A DNA stretch of 64,000 nucleotides from Candidatus Latescibacterota bacterium (GTDB lineage Bacteria > Latescibacterota > UBA2968), in the NCBI GenBank assembly GCA_965116885.1, contig OZ220741.1:5216001-5280000 (forward strand), read 5' to 3'. How positions within the stretch are numbered: position 1 is the stretch's first letter; every line of letters starts with the position of its first letter. Positions 28,754 through 37,587 of the stretch are shown piece after piece. Made by a program: the position numbers and the translations under genes. The notes under the pieces are model-generated. The model made no database searches and was not told the DNA's origin. It saw nothing but the letters and a program-made list of their open reading frames with translations.

Positions 28754-29764
28754 ATGCACATCTACATCCTCAAAAGACTACTGGCACTGATCCCCACCCT
28801 ATTGGGCATTACAGTGCTGGTATTTTTTATGGTCCATCTCGTACCAGGAGATCCCGCACAGATCATGCTGGGCGAACGGGCAAGTGCCGAAAGTCTGGCA
28901 GCCTTGAGACGCGATCTGGGTTTAGATCAGCCCTTGCATGTGCAATTCGGACGCTATCTATCCGACCTGGTGCAAGGCGACCTGGGCAGGTCCATTAAAT
29001 CGCACGAACGCGTATCCGTCGAACTAATGGCGCGTTTCCCCGCCACCATGGAACTCACCTTCGCGAGCATGGTATTCGCCTGCATACTCGGCATTGGTGC
29101 AGGAGTAGCATCCGCAGTTCGACGCGGCACCTGGTGGGATTATATCGGCATGACAGCATCCTTAGCAGGCGTCTCAGTGCCAATATTCTGGCTGGGATTA
29201 TTGCTCATCCTCGCCCTTGCAGTCTCCCTACCGCTATTCCCCGTCTCCGGACGGCTCAGCTCCCATGTATTTATACCCACACTAACTGGATTCTACCTTA
29301 TAGATAGCTTGATCGCAGGTGATCTTCCCAGTTTTGGCGACGCACTCTGGCATTTGATCTTGCCGGGCATAACCCTGGGCACCGTGCCCGCCGCTGTTAT
29401 CGCGCGCATGACCCGGTCGAGCTTGCTGGAAGTCCTGCGCGAAGATTATGTACGCACCGCCTGGGCAAAAGGCTTATCTGAACGGGTCGTCATCTTGCGT
29501 CACGCACTGAAAAACGCGTTCATCCCCGTCTTAACCGTAATCAGCTTGCAATTCGGTTATCTACTGGGCGGCGCCGTCTTAACCGAAAGCATCTTTGCCT
29601 GGCCCGGGGTCGGGCGCTGGTTGCTCCTCTCGGTTTACGCACGCGACTTTCGGGCAATACAAGGGGGCGTACTAATCGTCGCTACGACCTTTGTCCTAAT
29701 CAACTTAATCGCAGATCTATTATACGCCTATCTGGACCCACGGATCAAATACGGTAAGGAATAA
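28754..29764 (+). CDS. dppB: Dipeptide ABC transporter permease
   Basis: YILKRLL, PGDPA, GLDQPL, HLILP, EDYVRTAWAKGL (EAA loop). Confidence 0.9.
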   Translation: MHIYILKRLLALIPTLLGITVLVFFMVHLVPGDPAQIMLGERASAESLAALRRDLGLDQPLHVQFGRYLSDLVQGDLGRSIKSHERVSVELMARFPATMELTFASMVFACILGIGAGVASAVRRGTWWDYIGMTASLAGVSVPIFWLGLLLILALAVSLPLFPVSGRLSSHVFIPTLTGFYLIDSLIAGDLPSFGDALWHLILPGITLGTVPAAVIARMTRSSLLEVLREDYVRTAWAKGLSERVVILRHALKNAFIPVLTVISLQFGYLLGGAVLTESIFAWPGVGRWLLLSVYARDFRAIQGGVLIVATTFVLINLIADLLYAYLDPRIKYGKE

Positions 29765-29773
29765 CGCCTCACA

Positions 29774-30643
29774 ATGGCACACATTCAAGACACCTTACAA
29801 ACACCACCGCAAACCACCGCGCTATTGATCTGGCAGCGCTTGCGAAAAAACCGTCTCTCCCTTGTGGGCAGTATATTGATCGGAGGCTTTCTACTCCTGG
29901 CATTCACAGCGCCATTAATCGCTCCCTCCGATCCAATGGCGCAGGCACTCTACAATCGACTATCGCCCCCAACGCTCGAACACCCGTTCGGCACAGATGA
30001 TTTTGGCCGAGACATATTGAGCCGCGTCATCTATGGCGCGCGGATCTCTCTGCGCGTTGGCGTATTCGCCGTACTGATCGCCCTCATACTGGGCACCTGC
30101 ATCGGAGTCGTCGCTGGCTATTGGGGGGGATGGACAGATCAAATATTGATGCGTCTGATGGACCTGCTACTCGCCTTTCCGAGCATATTGCTCGCAATCG
30201 GCATCGTGGCTATTTTGGGACCCGGCCTGGAAAATGCCATGTTGGCCGTCGGCATTGTGGCTATGCCGCAATATGCGCGCCTGATTCGCGCGTCCGTCTT
30301 AACCGTGCGAGAAACCGATTATGTCATGGCCGCACGCGCTCTGGGAGCATCGGATTGGCGCATACTATGCGTAGCCGTCTTGCCCAATTGTCTCGCCCCA
30401 CTGATCGTCCAAGCGACATTGGGATTGGCAACCGCGATCCTCGACGCTGCTGGACTGAGCTTTCTTGGCCTGGGCGCACAACCCCCAACACCCGAATGGG
30501 GGGCGATGCTGAGCCAGGGACGCGAACTGATTGTGCGCGCACCCTGGGTACTCACCTTTCCCGGAGGAGCGATCTTTTTCACAGTACTGGCATTTAATCT
30601 GGTTGGCGATGGTCTGAGGGACGCGCTGGATCCAAAGGCTTAA
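29774..30643 (+). CDS. dppC: Dipeptide ABC transporter permease
   Basis: HPFGTDDFGRDILSRVIYGARISL, LSFLGLG, GDGLRDALDP. Confidence 0.9.
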   Translation: MAHIQDTLQTPPQTTALLIWQRLRKNRLSLVGSILIGGFLLLAFTAPLIAPSDPMAQALYNRLSPPTLEHPFGTDDFGRDILSRVIYGARISLRVGVFAVLIALILGTCIGVVAGYWGGWTDQILMRLMDLLLAFPSILLAIGIVAILGPGLENAMLAVGIVAMPQYARLIRASVLTVRETDYVMAARALGASDWRILCVAVLPNCLAPLIVQATLGLATAILDAAGLSFLGLGAQPPTPEWGAMLSQGRELIVRAPWVLTFPGGAIFFTVLAFNLVGDGLRDALDPKA

Positions 30644-31875
30644 TTCAATTTTTCCATCGGACCGAGAGCGACAAGCGCGGGATCCGCATCGAGAGGATAT
30701 TGTTCGAGATAATCGGCAATGCGTTCTGGCGTAACGGCATCGATCTCCGCGCGTTCTTCTTCAAGCGTTTTGAGCGGCGTATCGGTACTTAGACTACCCA
30801 CAATTTGAGAGAAGCGAGAAAGACCATTTTCCCCACTGCAAATAATACCCGTAGCCTGCTTGGTCTTGGCGCGTTGGAGCGCGTCACTATCAATACCATT
30901 CTTTAAATCCGCCATTTCGCGCCGCACAATATCGAGAACCCGAGACACATTTTGCGGATCCACGGACAGATAAACGTAAAAAAGCCCGGCATCACTAAAA
31001 TTGATATACTCTGCCGATGCTTCATCGGCCAAACCCTCTTGAATAACAGACCAGTAGAACCGGCTATTGGTCGATGCGCCCAAATAAACAGAAAGCAGAT
31101 CTGCAGTCGGGGCATGATCATCGGAAGATGACGGCGCGGGAAGCGCGAGCGCGATATGTTCGCGCGCCACACCATCGCGTTGCACAACGCGATTTGCAGC
31201 GTGAAAAGTCGGGATAGATTGCTCCCGACCATTATCAGACACCTGCCAGTCTCCGCAATGTGCTTCAACGGCGCGAATAATCTCATCGCGATCAAACGCA
31301 CCTGTAATGACAAACGTGAGGTTATTGGGACCATAGCGCCGCTGGTGATATTCCGCCATCAAATCGCGGGTAATAGACTTCACCGTATCCTCTGTACCCA
31401 GCACACTCTGCCCTAAGGGATGGTCGCCAAAAGCCTCTTGAATGAGATCGTCGATAATAAGCGCGTCGGGCTGGTCGTGATACATCGCAATCTCTTCGAG
31501 AATAACCTTCTTTTCCATATCAAATTCATCCGATGGCAAATTGGCGCGCATCATATCGCTGAGAATCTCGATAGAATCCGTTGCCCGATCACTTTGCACC
31601 CAGTGAAAATAGGCCGTACCTTCCCACCATGTGTAGGCATTCCACATAGCGCCCAGATCATCGACATCGAGCGAAAGTTGCCGCCAGTCGCGCTTGGGTG
31701 TCCCCTTGAAACACATGTGTTCGAGAAAATGTGAGATCCCCAAAAGGTCTGAAGCTTCATCGCGCGATCCCGTTTGGGCAAAAAATCCCAGCGCAGCCGA
31801 ACGAATGCGTGGAATAGTTTCAAAAACAAGCGTGAGACCATTATCGAGGGTATGCGTGGAAAACGGTGAAGACAT
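30640..31875 (-). CDS. M16B peptidase, zinc-binding subunit
   Basis: GISHFLEHMCFKGT (HxxEH), EKKVILEE. Confidence 0.9.
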   Translation of the reverse strand: MSSPFSTHTLDNGLTLVFETIPRIRSAALGFFAQTGSRDEASDLLGISHFLEHMCFKGTPKRDWRQLSLDVDDLGAMWNAYTWWEGTAYFHWVQSDRATDSIEILSDMMRANLPSDEFDMEKKVILEEIAMYHDQPDALIIDDLIQEAFGDHPLGQSVLGTEDTVKSITRDLMAEYHQRRYGPNNLTFVITGAFDRDEIIRAVEAHCGDWQVSDNGREQSIPTFHAANRVVQRDGVAREHIALALPAPSSSDDHAPTADLLSVYLGASTNSRFYWSVIQEGLADEASAEYINFSDAGLFYVYLSVDPQNVSRVLDIVRREMADLKNGIDSDALQRAKTKQATGIICSGENGLSRFSQIVGSLSTDTPLKTLEEERAEIDAVTPERIADYLEQYPLDADPALVALGPMEKLN

Positions 31876-31890
31876 AAGTTGCTCCGCAGA

Positions 31891-31945
31891 AATTAAGAAT
31901 TAGGAATTGAGAATTAGGAGTGCGAATCAGGTGAAGCGTGAAGTA
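31891..31945. repeat. AATTAGG-type heptamer tandem repeat
   Basis: AATTAAG AATTAGG AATTGAG AATTAGG then TGAAGCG TGAAGTA; reverse complement resembles 37532-37566. Confidence 0.7.
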
Positions 31946-31971
31946 TGGAACGGTTAGGCCCAGTCCCCTTT

Positions 31972-32835
31972 TCACAGATTCTTCGCCATGGCAATAGCTT
32001 CGTGCTCGGGCAGATAGGGCACATCCGCGCGATCCCAACTGCGCCTGCCAGCGACGCAGTGAATACCCATTAATTGTCGTTTTTGGGGTGTATCGGCCCA
32101 ATTGACAATGCTTTGCGGCGGCGAATTGGCGATCCATTTTTTTACGAAAAAGGGCATATAACCATAAATAACGATACGCCGATCCATCGCACTGGTATTG
32201 GCACATCCCGTATGCCAGCAGACCACGTTCCACAGCACGGCATCGCCAGCATCGAGAGTCATCTTCTTCATATTGGGCATGGTTTCCAGAGCATCTCTCG
32301 AATATTCTTCTTTGGGCGGATAATCCGGATTTGTGTGCGTTCCAGGTACCAGTGAAAAACATCCCATGTCTTCGGTCTGATCGTCGATAAAATAAAAAAC
32401 CTTAATCTTGAGCGTATATTGCGGATGTGTCCAGGGCGGCCAGTCTCTGTGCCAGGACGTATGGGCAGCCGTGCCTGCATGGTGATTGTGATAGAGCATT
32501 TCCATCGCCTGATAATCCGGGCCGACGATATTCTCGACATAGGGAATAACACTGGGATTATTGGCCAGATCGAGAATGGTCTCATCTGTATCAAAATCCG
32601 GGCGAATAGTATGCGCGTGCGGCCCATTGCCATAGCCATTTCGGAACTTGCCGAGCCGGAGTTCATCTTCCCGCTCTGCGAGCGTCTCTGCCTCGCGGTG
32701 TTCAAAAGCCCGTCGCACCCGATCCAAACCGATGGGTTCAATGGCATTTTTAATCACGATATACCCATTTTCATCGTAAAAAGCGCGCTCTTCATCGGTT
32801 GGCGCCGAATATTGTATTGCATCAATTGTTGCCAT
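31972..32835 (-). CDS. PhyH family Fe/2OG dioxygenase
   Basis: ENGYIVIKNA, WHRD, LVPGTH, CWHTGCAN...R. Confidence 0.88.
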   Translation of the reverse strand: MATIDAIQYSAPTDEERAFYDENGYIVIKNAIEPIGLDRVRRAFEHREAETLAEREDELRLGKFRNGYGNGPHAHTIRPDFDTDETILDLANNPSVIPYVENIVGPDYQAMEMLYHNHHAGTAAHTSWHRDWPPWTHPQYTLKIKVFYFIDDQTEDMGCFSLVPGTHTNPDYPPKEEYSRDALETMPNMKKMTLDAGDAVLWNVVCWHTGCANTSAMDRRIVIYGYMPFFVKKWIANSPPQSIVNWADTPQKRQLMGIHCVAGRRSWDRADVPYLPEHEAIAMAKNL

Positions 32836-32873
32836 AAATTGCTCCTGTGAAAATTGGGTGAACCGCTTGTCTC

Positions 32874-34106
32874 TTAGCCCTTCAGCGGTCGAGGTCCCAA
32901 AACCAGTAATGTGCCAGGTCTTGGGGGAAAAGTCTCAATATATTGCGGAATCTGATCGAGGGTAACGGCATCAATACCTGTGGCAATTTCGTCAATCGTT
33001 CGCACATGTCCTTCGAGAAATAAATCTTCAATGATACCGCCAGCACGGCCCTCGGGCAAATCGCCAATGGTAAAAAGCCGCCCCTTGAGCACTGTTTTGG
33101 CGCGAATGAGTTCTTCAGCGGTGACATCGCAGCGCAATCGCGCGAGTTCCGACTGGCAGACATCCAGGGTCTCCTGAGCGCGATCAGCAGTAGTCCCTGC
33201 ATAAACCGCCATCAGACCGCCGCCGCGGTATGCCTGGTAAAAAGCCGACACACTATAGGCCAGACCGCGTTTTTCGCGGACCTCTGTAAATAATCGGCTC
33301 GATCCACCGCCAGAAAGAATGGCGATAGCGAGTTGTCCTGCGTAATAGAGATCGTGACCTCTTGGAACACCACAAGAGAGCGCACAAATATGGGCTTGTT
33401 CCGATGGCTTTTCGTGATGTACACTGCGGTCGGCAATAGAAATGGGATGGACTTCCCCCCCATCTGCTGATTCACCTGTCCACCCGCCAAAAACATCGCC
33501 AATAGTCTCGATCACACTCTCCGCATCCAGACCGCCTGCAACCCCAATGAGCAAATGGGCTGGCCTGCAATGTGCATCCCAATGGCGGCGAACGCCCGCA
33601 GGTGTAATAGCCGATACGGTATCGGGTTCGCCGAGGGGGATTCTACCCATCGGTGAGCCAAGCCCCGCCTTATAGGTCATATACATGGCCTGTTGTATGG
33701 GGTTGTCCTCCATGCGTTTGAGTTCCTCAAGAGTGATGGTCTTGGCGATCTCGACCTGGTCACTGGGAAAAGACGCACTGCGAAAAAGTTCGGCATAAAG
33801 TTCAAGTGCGGGTTTGAACTTGTCGGGCAGGACTTGCGCGAGAAAAGAGGTATGTTCGACAGAAGTCGAAGAACTGCGCCTTATCCCAAGACCATCAAAA
33901 GTGTCAAATATAGCGCGTGCGTCATGCCTGGGCGTACCCTTAAAAAGGACATCTTCTGCAATATGCGTAATACCCAATCTGTCGTTGGGATCGTCTTTCG
34001 CGCCAAAAGTAAAACGGAACGCAACAACAACCGATTGCGCGCCGGGCATGGGTTCGACAACCGCGCGAATGCCGTTGTCGAGGGTATAAATTTGTGGCTC
34101 AGACAT
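32874..34106 (-). CDS. M16B peptidase, non-catalytic subunit
   Basis: HIAED replaces HxxEH; retains SSRLFTEVREKRGLAYSV; ATG at 34106 after GAGGA. Confidence 0.85.
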   Translation of the reverse strand: MSEPQIYTLDNGIRAVVEPMPGAQSVVVAFRFTFGAKDDPNDRLGITHIAEDVLFKGTPRHDARAIFDTFDGLGIRRSSSTSVEHTSFLAQVLPDKFKPALELYAELFRSASFPSDQVEIAKTITLEELKRMEDNPIQQAMYMTYKAGLGSPMGRIPLGEPDTVSAITPAGVRRHWDAHCRPAHLLIGVAGGLDAESVIETIGDVFGGWTGESADGGEVHPISIADRSVHHEKPSEQAHICALSCGVPRGHDLYYAGQLAIAILSGGGSSRLFTEVREKRGLAYSVSAFYQAYRGGGLMAVYAGTTADRAQETLDVCQSELARLRCDVTAEELIRAKTVLKGRLFTIGDLPEGRAGGIIEDLFLEGHVRTIDEIATGIDAVTLDQIPQYIETFPPRPGTLLVLGPRPLKG

Positions 34107-34126
34107 TGTGGTCCTCAAATAATAAT

Positions 34127-34186
34127 GTAAGGGCAGTGCCTCTGTAACCGCCCAAAGGATGCAGGGCGATATCTCTGCGCTCGCCC
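34127..34186 (+). repeat. Degenerate GTAG-family REP doublet
   Basis: GTAAGGGCAGTGCCTCTGTAACCGCCC and GCAGGGCGATATCTCTGCGCTCGCCC resemble the REP at 4301-4326. Confidence 0.5.
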
Positions 34187-34269
34187 AATTGGTTTTTATG
34201 TAATAACATGAATATATATTGTCAATAGATATTGTTACACTTATCCCTTTTCAGGAGGTCATCATTTTC

Positions 34270-35244
34270 ATGAACATCAAAGTTGAAAATTTGCGTGCGT
34301 TGTGCCAGTCTATCCTGACCGATCGCGGACTCGACGCGGCTGACGCGCATATTGTGACAGATATTTTGATCGAAGCCGAATTGCGCGGGCGCCCAACACA
34401 TGGGATGATCCGCCTGCCCGCCATTGCCGAGCGCGTATCTCAAGGAACTCAATCCCCCATGATCATAGAAAAAAATACGCCAGCTTATGCCCTCATCAAT
34501 GGACGGGATAATCTGGGCTATCTGGTGGCACATCGATGTGCGTGCGCCGCGATTGACAAAGCCAAACAAAGTGGCGTAGGCATTGTGGGGGCGCGCGACA
34601 CGAGCCATAGTGGGATGTTGGGATATTACGCCTCAATGATTGCCGATGCGGAACAAATCGGACTGGTTATGTGCAACACAGGTCCGCGCATTGTCCCCTG
34701 GGGCGGGCAACAACCCGTGCTTGGGACAAATCCCATCGCTGCGGGATTTCCAACAGTAGAGGGCCAGGTGTTAGTCGATTTTTCTTGTGCGGCGATTACC
34801 AATGGCGAAATATTGATGGCACTCAAAGACGGCAAAGAGATCCCCGCAGGACGCGCATTGGGACCAGATGGCAAGCCGACAACCGCCCCCGAGCAAGCGC
34901 GTGCAGGTGGGGCCTTGCCCTTTGGCGAACACAAAGGATATGCTCTGAGTGTGATGATTCAACTCTTCTCTGGCGTATTGCTCAATGCTGCCCCCGTGCC
35001 TGAAATGGGAAAAAATTACGGGATTTTCATGCTGGCCATTGATCCCTCAATTTTTTTGGGAATGGACATCTTTCAATCGGGCGTTAGCGAAGTCATCCAC
35101 ACCATTAAAAATTCAATGCCCGCAGAAGGCATAACCGAAATTTTGATCCCGGGCGAGCGCGCATTTAGAGAACGCTCGACGCGGATACAGTCGGGCGTGG
35201 ATATCGACGATGAATTAATGGAAGAACTCCAGCAATTAGTGTAG
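34270..35244 (+). CDS. Ldh_2 family dehydrogenase
   Basis: GRPTHG, SHSGMLGYY, LGTNPI, GEHKGYAL, LIPGE; ATG at 34270 after AGGAGG. Confidence 0.9.
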   Translation: MNIKVENLRALCQSILTDRGLDAADAHIVTDILIEAELRGRPTHGMIRLPAIAERVSQGTQSPMIIEKNTPAYALINGRDNLGYLVAHRCACAAIDKAKQSGVGIVGARDTSHSGMLGYYASMIADAEQIGLVMCNTGPRIVPWGGQQPVLGTNPIAAGFPTVEGQVLVDFSCAAITNGEILMALKDGKEIPAGRALGPDGKPTTAPEQARAGGALPFGEHKGYALSVMIQLFSGVLLNAAPVPEMGKNYGIFMLAIDPSIFLGMDIFQSGVSEVIHTIKNSMPAEGITEILIPGERAFRERSTRIQSGVDIDDELMEELQQLV

Positions 35245-35269
35245 AGATGTCCCTCTCGCCTCTTTACCC

Positions 35270-35298
35270 TTGACAGCCTGAATGGGGTTGGCTACCTT
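35270..35298 (+). promoter_or_regulatory. sigma70-type promoter upstream of the riboswitch
   Basis: TTGACA(35270-35275)-17-TACCTT(35293-35298). Confidence 0.7.
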
Positions 35299-35307
35299 TC
35301 CGTTCCG

Positions 35308-35494
35308 CAAGGGTAGAGGCGCGAGCGATCATCAGTATGCGGCACAGGAGGCGAAACGGGGCACTGCTCCACTGTGCCGACAAAAAGGGATCGTTCGCCG
35401 AAGTCCTGACCTGTTTCGCCGCAGGGCAGGGCTGGTTCAGTGGATAATATCTGTTGAATTGTCACGGGAAAAGTTTCCGTGGAGAGCTCTCTTG
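35308..35494 (+). ncRNA. Lysine riboswitch (L-box)
   Basis: AGAGGCGC, AGTA/AAAGG internal loop, GCCGAAG, TGTC...GGAGAGCT core; P2 GCGAGCGATC/GATCGTTCGC, P2a CGGCACAG/CTGTGCCG, kissing GGCGAAAC(35350-57)/GTTTCGCC(35413-20), P4 and P5 hairpins; upstream of dapA. Confidence 0.9.
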
Positions 35495-35518
35495 TTCGCG
35501 AGATTTTCTGCTGCGTTC

Positions 35519-35557
35519 AGCGTCTGGCGATGCCCTTGAGAAGCCAGCGCTTTTTTT
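35519..35557 (+). terminator. Riboswitch expression-platform terminator
   Basis: AGCG(T)CTGGC/GCCAGCGCT stem followed by T7. Confidence 0.8.
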
Positions 35558-35586
35558 ATAGCAGAATGCAGAAACTGGAGGTTTTT

Positions 35587-36615
35587 ATGTTGAAAGGATG
35601 TCATACGGCGTTAATCACCCCCCTGACTGCTGACCATGCCCTGGACCAGGACGGTCTGGAAAAACTGGTGGCATTTCAAATTTCTGAAGGGATTGATGGC
35701 CTTTTGGCCTGCGGCACGACGGCTGAGAGTCCAACTCTGAGCAATGATGAACAAAGCTTGATAACGCGCGTAGTGTGCAGCCAGGCCAGAGAACAGTGCC
35801 GCGCCATTGGAGGAGCGGGCAGCAACTCCACTGCAAAAACCTTAAAAGCAGCCGAATACGCCGCGCAAGTGGGTGCGGACTCCATCCTGCTCGTCGATCC
35901 CTATTACAACGGACCGAGTTCTCTGGAAATTCGCAAAGAATACGTCGAACCCGTGGCCCGTGCATTTCCCGAATTGGACATGATCCCCTATGTCATACCT
36001 GGCCGGTCCGGCACAAAATTGCTCCCCGAAGACCTCGGCATCTTATCTTCCGAATACAAGAATGTGAACACTGTGAAAGAGGCTACAGGCGATCTGGACA
36101 ACATGGCGCGCACCCGCGAATGTTGTGGCGATGTATTTTCGATCATGTCCGGAGACGACGACAAAACATTTGACATGATGACCAGTGACCAGATTGACGC
36201 CGCGGGTGTAATCAGTGTGATTTCCAATGTGGCCCCCGGTCCTGTGACAAAAATGGTACACGCCCTCCAGAGCGGAGACATGGCCGAAGCAAATCGCCTG
36301 CACGCCGCACTGAAACCCTTATTTGGGATGGTCGGCGTTGTATCCGAAGAACAAACACCTTATGGCGTGACAGAAGTCAAGGCGCGCAATCCATTGCCGG
36401 TAAAAACCCTGATGAATATTTTGGGCATGCCAGCCGGGCCGTGTCGCCAGCCATTGGGAAAAATGAACCGCGCTGGACTGGATATCGTGCTGGGCATTGC
36501 CCGCGAAGTACAGGCCAATAACCCAGAGGTATTCGCACCCGTAGCGTCATTTTTTGGTACAGACGTAGCGCAACGCTTAAACGATGATTCGGTACTGGAA
36601 AGACTGGTGTATTGA
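35587..36615 (+). CDS. dapA: 4-hydroxy-tetrahydrodipicolinate synthase
   Basis: TALITP, CGTTAES, GAGSNST, PYYN, VKEATG, SGDD; ATG at 35587 after GGAGG. Confidence 0.93.
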   Translation: MLKGCHTALITPLTADHALDQDGLEKLVAFQISEGIDGLLACGTTAESPTLSNDEQSLITRVVCSQAREQCRAIGGAGSNSTAKTLKAAEYAAQVGADSILLVDPYYNGPSSLEIRKEYVEPVARAFPELDMIPYVIPGRSGTKLLPEDLGILSSEYKNVNTVKEATGDLDNMARTRECCGDVFSIMSGDDDKTFDMMTSDQIDAAGVISVISNVAPGPVTKMVHALQSGDMAEANRLHAALKPLFGMVGVVSEEQTPYGVTEVKARNPLPVKTLMNILGMPAGPCRQPLGKMNRAGLDIVLGIAREVQANNPEVFAPVASFFGTDVAQRLNDDSVLERLVY

Positions 36616-36618
36616 TCA

Positions 36619-36647
36619 GTAGGTGCGGGTTTAAAACCCGCACCTAC
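36619..36647. repeat. Perfect GTAG-type REP palindrome
   Basis: GTAGGTGCGGGTTT-A-AAACCCGCACCTAC. Confidence 0.8.
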
Positions 36648-36664
36648 TATTTTTCGGAGCGATT

Positions 36665-37471
36665 ATGATTAAGGTGGGTATTTGTGGTATTGCCGGGCGG
36701 ATGGGACAGCGAATTTCTCATCTGACCCTCGAAGCCGAAGGACTGGATTTGGGCGGTGGCGTCGAGTTTCCAGGTCATCCCGTAATCGGAAGAGACATTG
36801 GCGAAGTAATAGGCGTTCCTCCCAAAGGTATATCAGTGGTGGATTCGGTCGAGACGATGACGGACAATGTCGATGTAATCACGGCATTCACTGCGCCTCC
36901 CGACCCGACAGTTGTCGCAGCAGAAATAGCTGGACGCGCTGGCGTACCGATGGTCATTGGCACAACGGGTTTGTCGCCCAATCAGGTCGAGACCATGACA
37001 CATGCCCTGAAAGACGTGGCCTGTGTATTCGCACCCAATTTTAGCGTAGGTGTAACAGTATTAGTGCAACTCGTCGAAGAAGCTGCGCGCATTCTGGGCG
37101 GCGATTACGATGCAGAAATCGTCGAAGCACACCATCGATTTAAAACCGATGCGCCATCGGGAACGGCTTATGCACTGGCCGAAGCCGCAGCAAGGGGATT
37201 GAATCGCAACTTGCAAGAAGTAGGCGTATATGGTCGCTATGGCGATACGGGTGCACGGACAAGCGAAGAAATCGGCGTACACGCCATTCGCGCTGGCGAT
37301 ATCGTCGGCGAACATACGGTCATGTTCGGGGGCATTGGAGAAACCATCGAACTCGTCCATCGCGCTCAAAGTCGCGATACATTCGCCTCTGGCGTGATTC
37401 GGGCCATCCCCTTTGCCTTTGAAGCCACCCCGGGGATGTATGACATGCGCGATGTATTGGGGTTGAGGTAG
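36665..37471 (+). CDS. dapB: 4-hydroxy-tetrahydrodipicolinate reductase
   Basis: GIAGRMG, IGTTG, APNFSVG, EAHHRFKTDAPSGTA. Confidence 0.95.
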   Translation: MIKVGICGIAGRMGQRISHLTLEAEGLDLGGGVEFPGHPVIGRDIGEVIGVPPKGISVVDSVETMTDNVDVITAFTAPPDPTVVAAEIAGRAGVPMVIGTTGLSPNQVETMTHALKDVACVFAPNFSVGVTVLVQLVEEAARILGGDYDAEIVEAHHRFKTDAPSGTAYALAEAAARGLNRNLQEVGVYGRYGDTGARTSEEIGVHAIRAGDIVGEHTVMFGGIGETIELVHRAQSRDTFASGVIRAIPFAFEATPGMYDMRDVLGLR

Positions 37472-37531
37472 GAAGGATGAAGGGTGAAGTGCAGATCGAA
37501 ATTGGCAATGATTTTGGTTGGGGTTGGATGG

Positions 37532-37566
37532 CCTAATTCGCAATTTTTAATTCCTAATTCCCAATT
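37532..37566. repeat. CCTAATT-type heptamer tandem repeat
   Basis: CCTAATTCGCAATTTTTAATTCCTAATTCCCAATT just upstream of an RBS. Confidence 0.65.
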
Positions 37567-37587
37567 GATTTATCGAGGAGGAAATTC

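Noticed and set aside
35282..35586. 85-aa ORF and 36-aa N-terminal extension of DapA
   Set aside because: Overlap the riboswitch and terminator; ATG 35587 has a strong RBS
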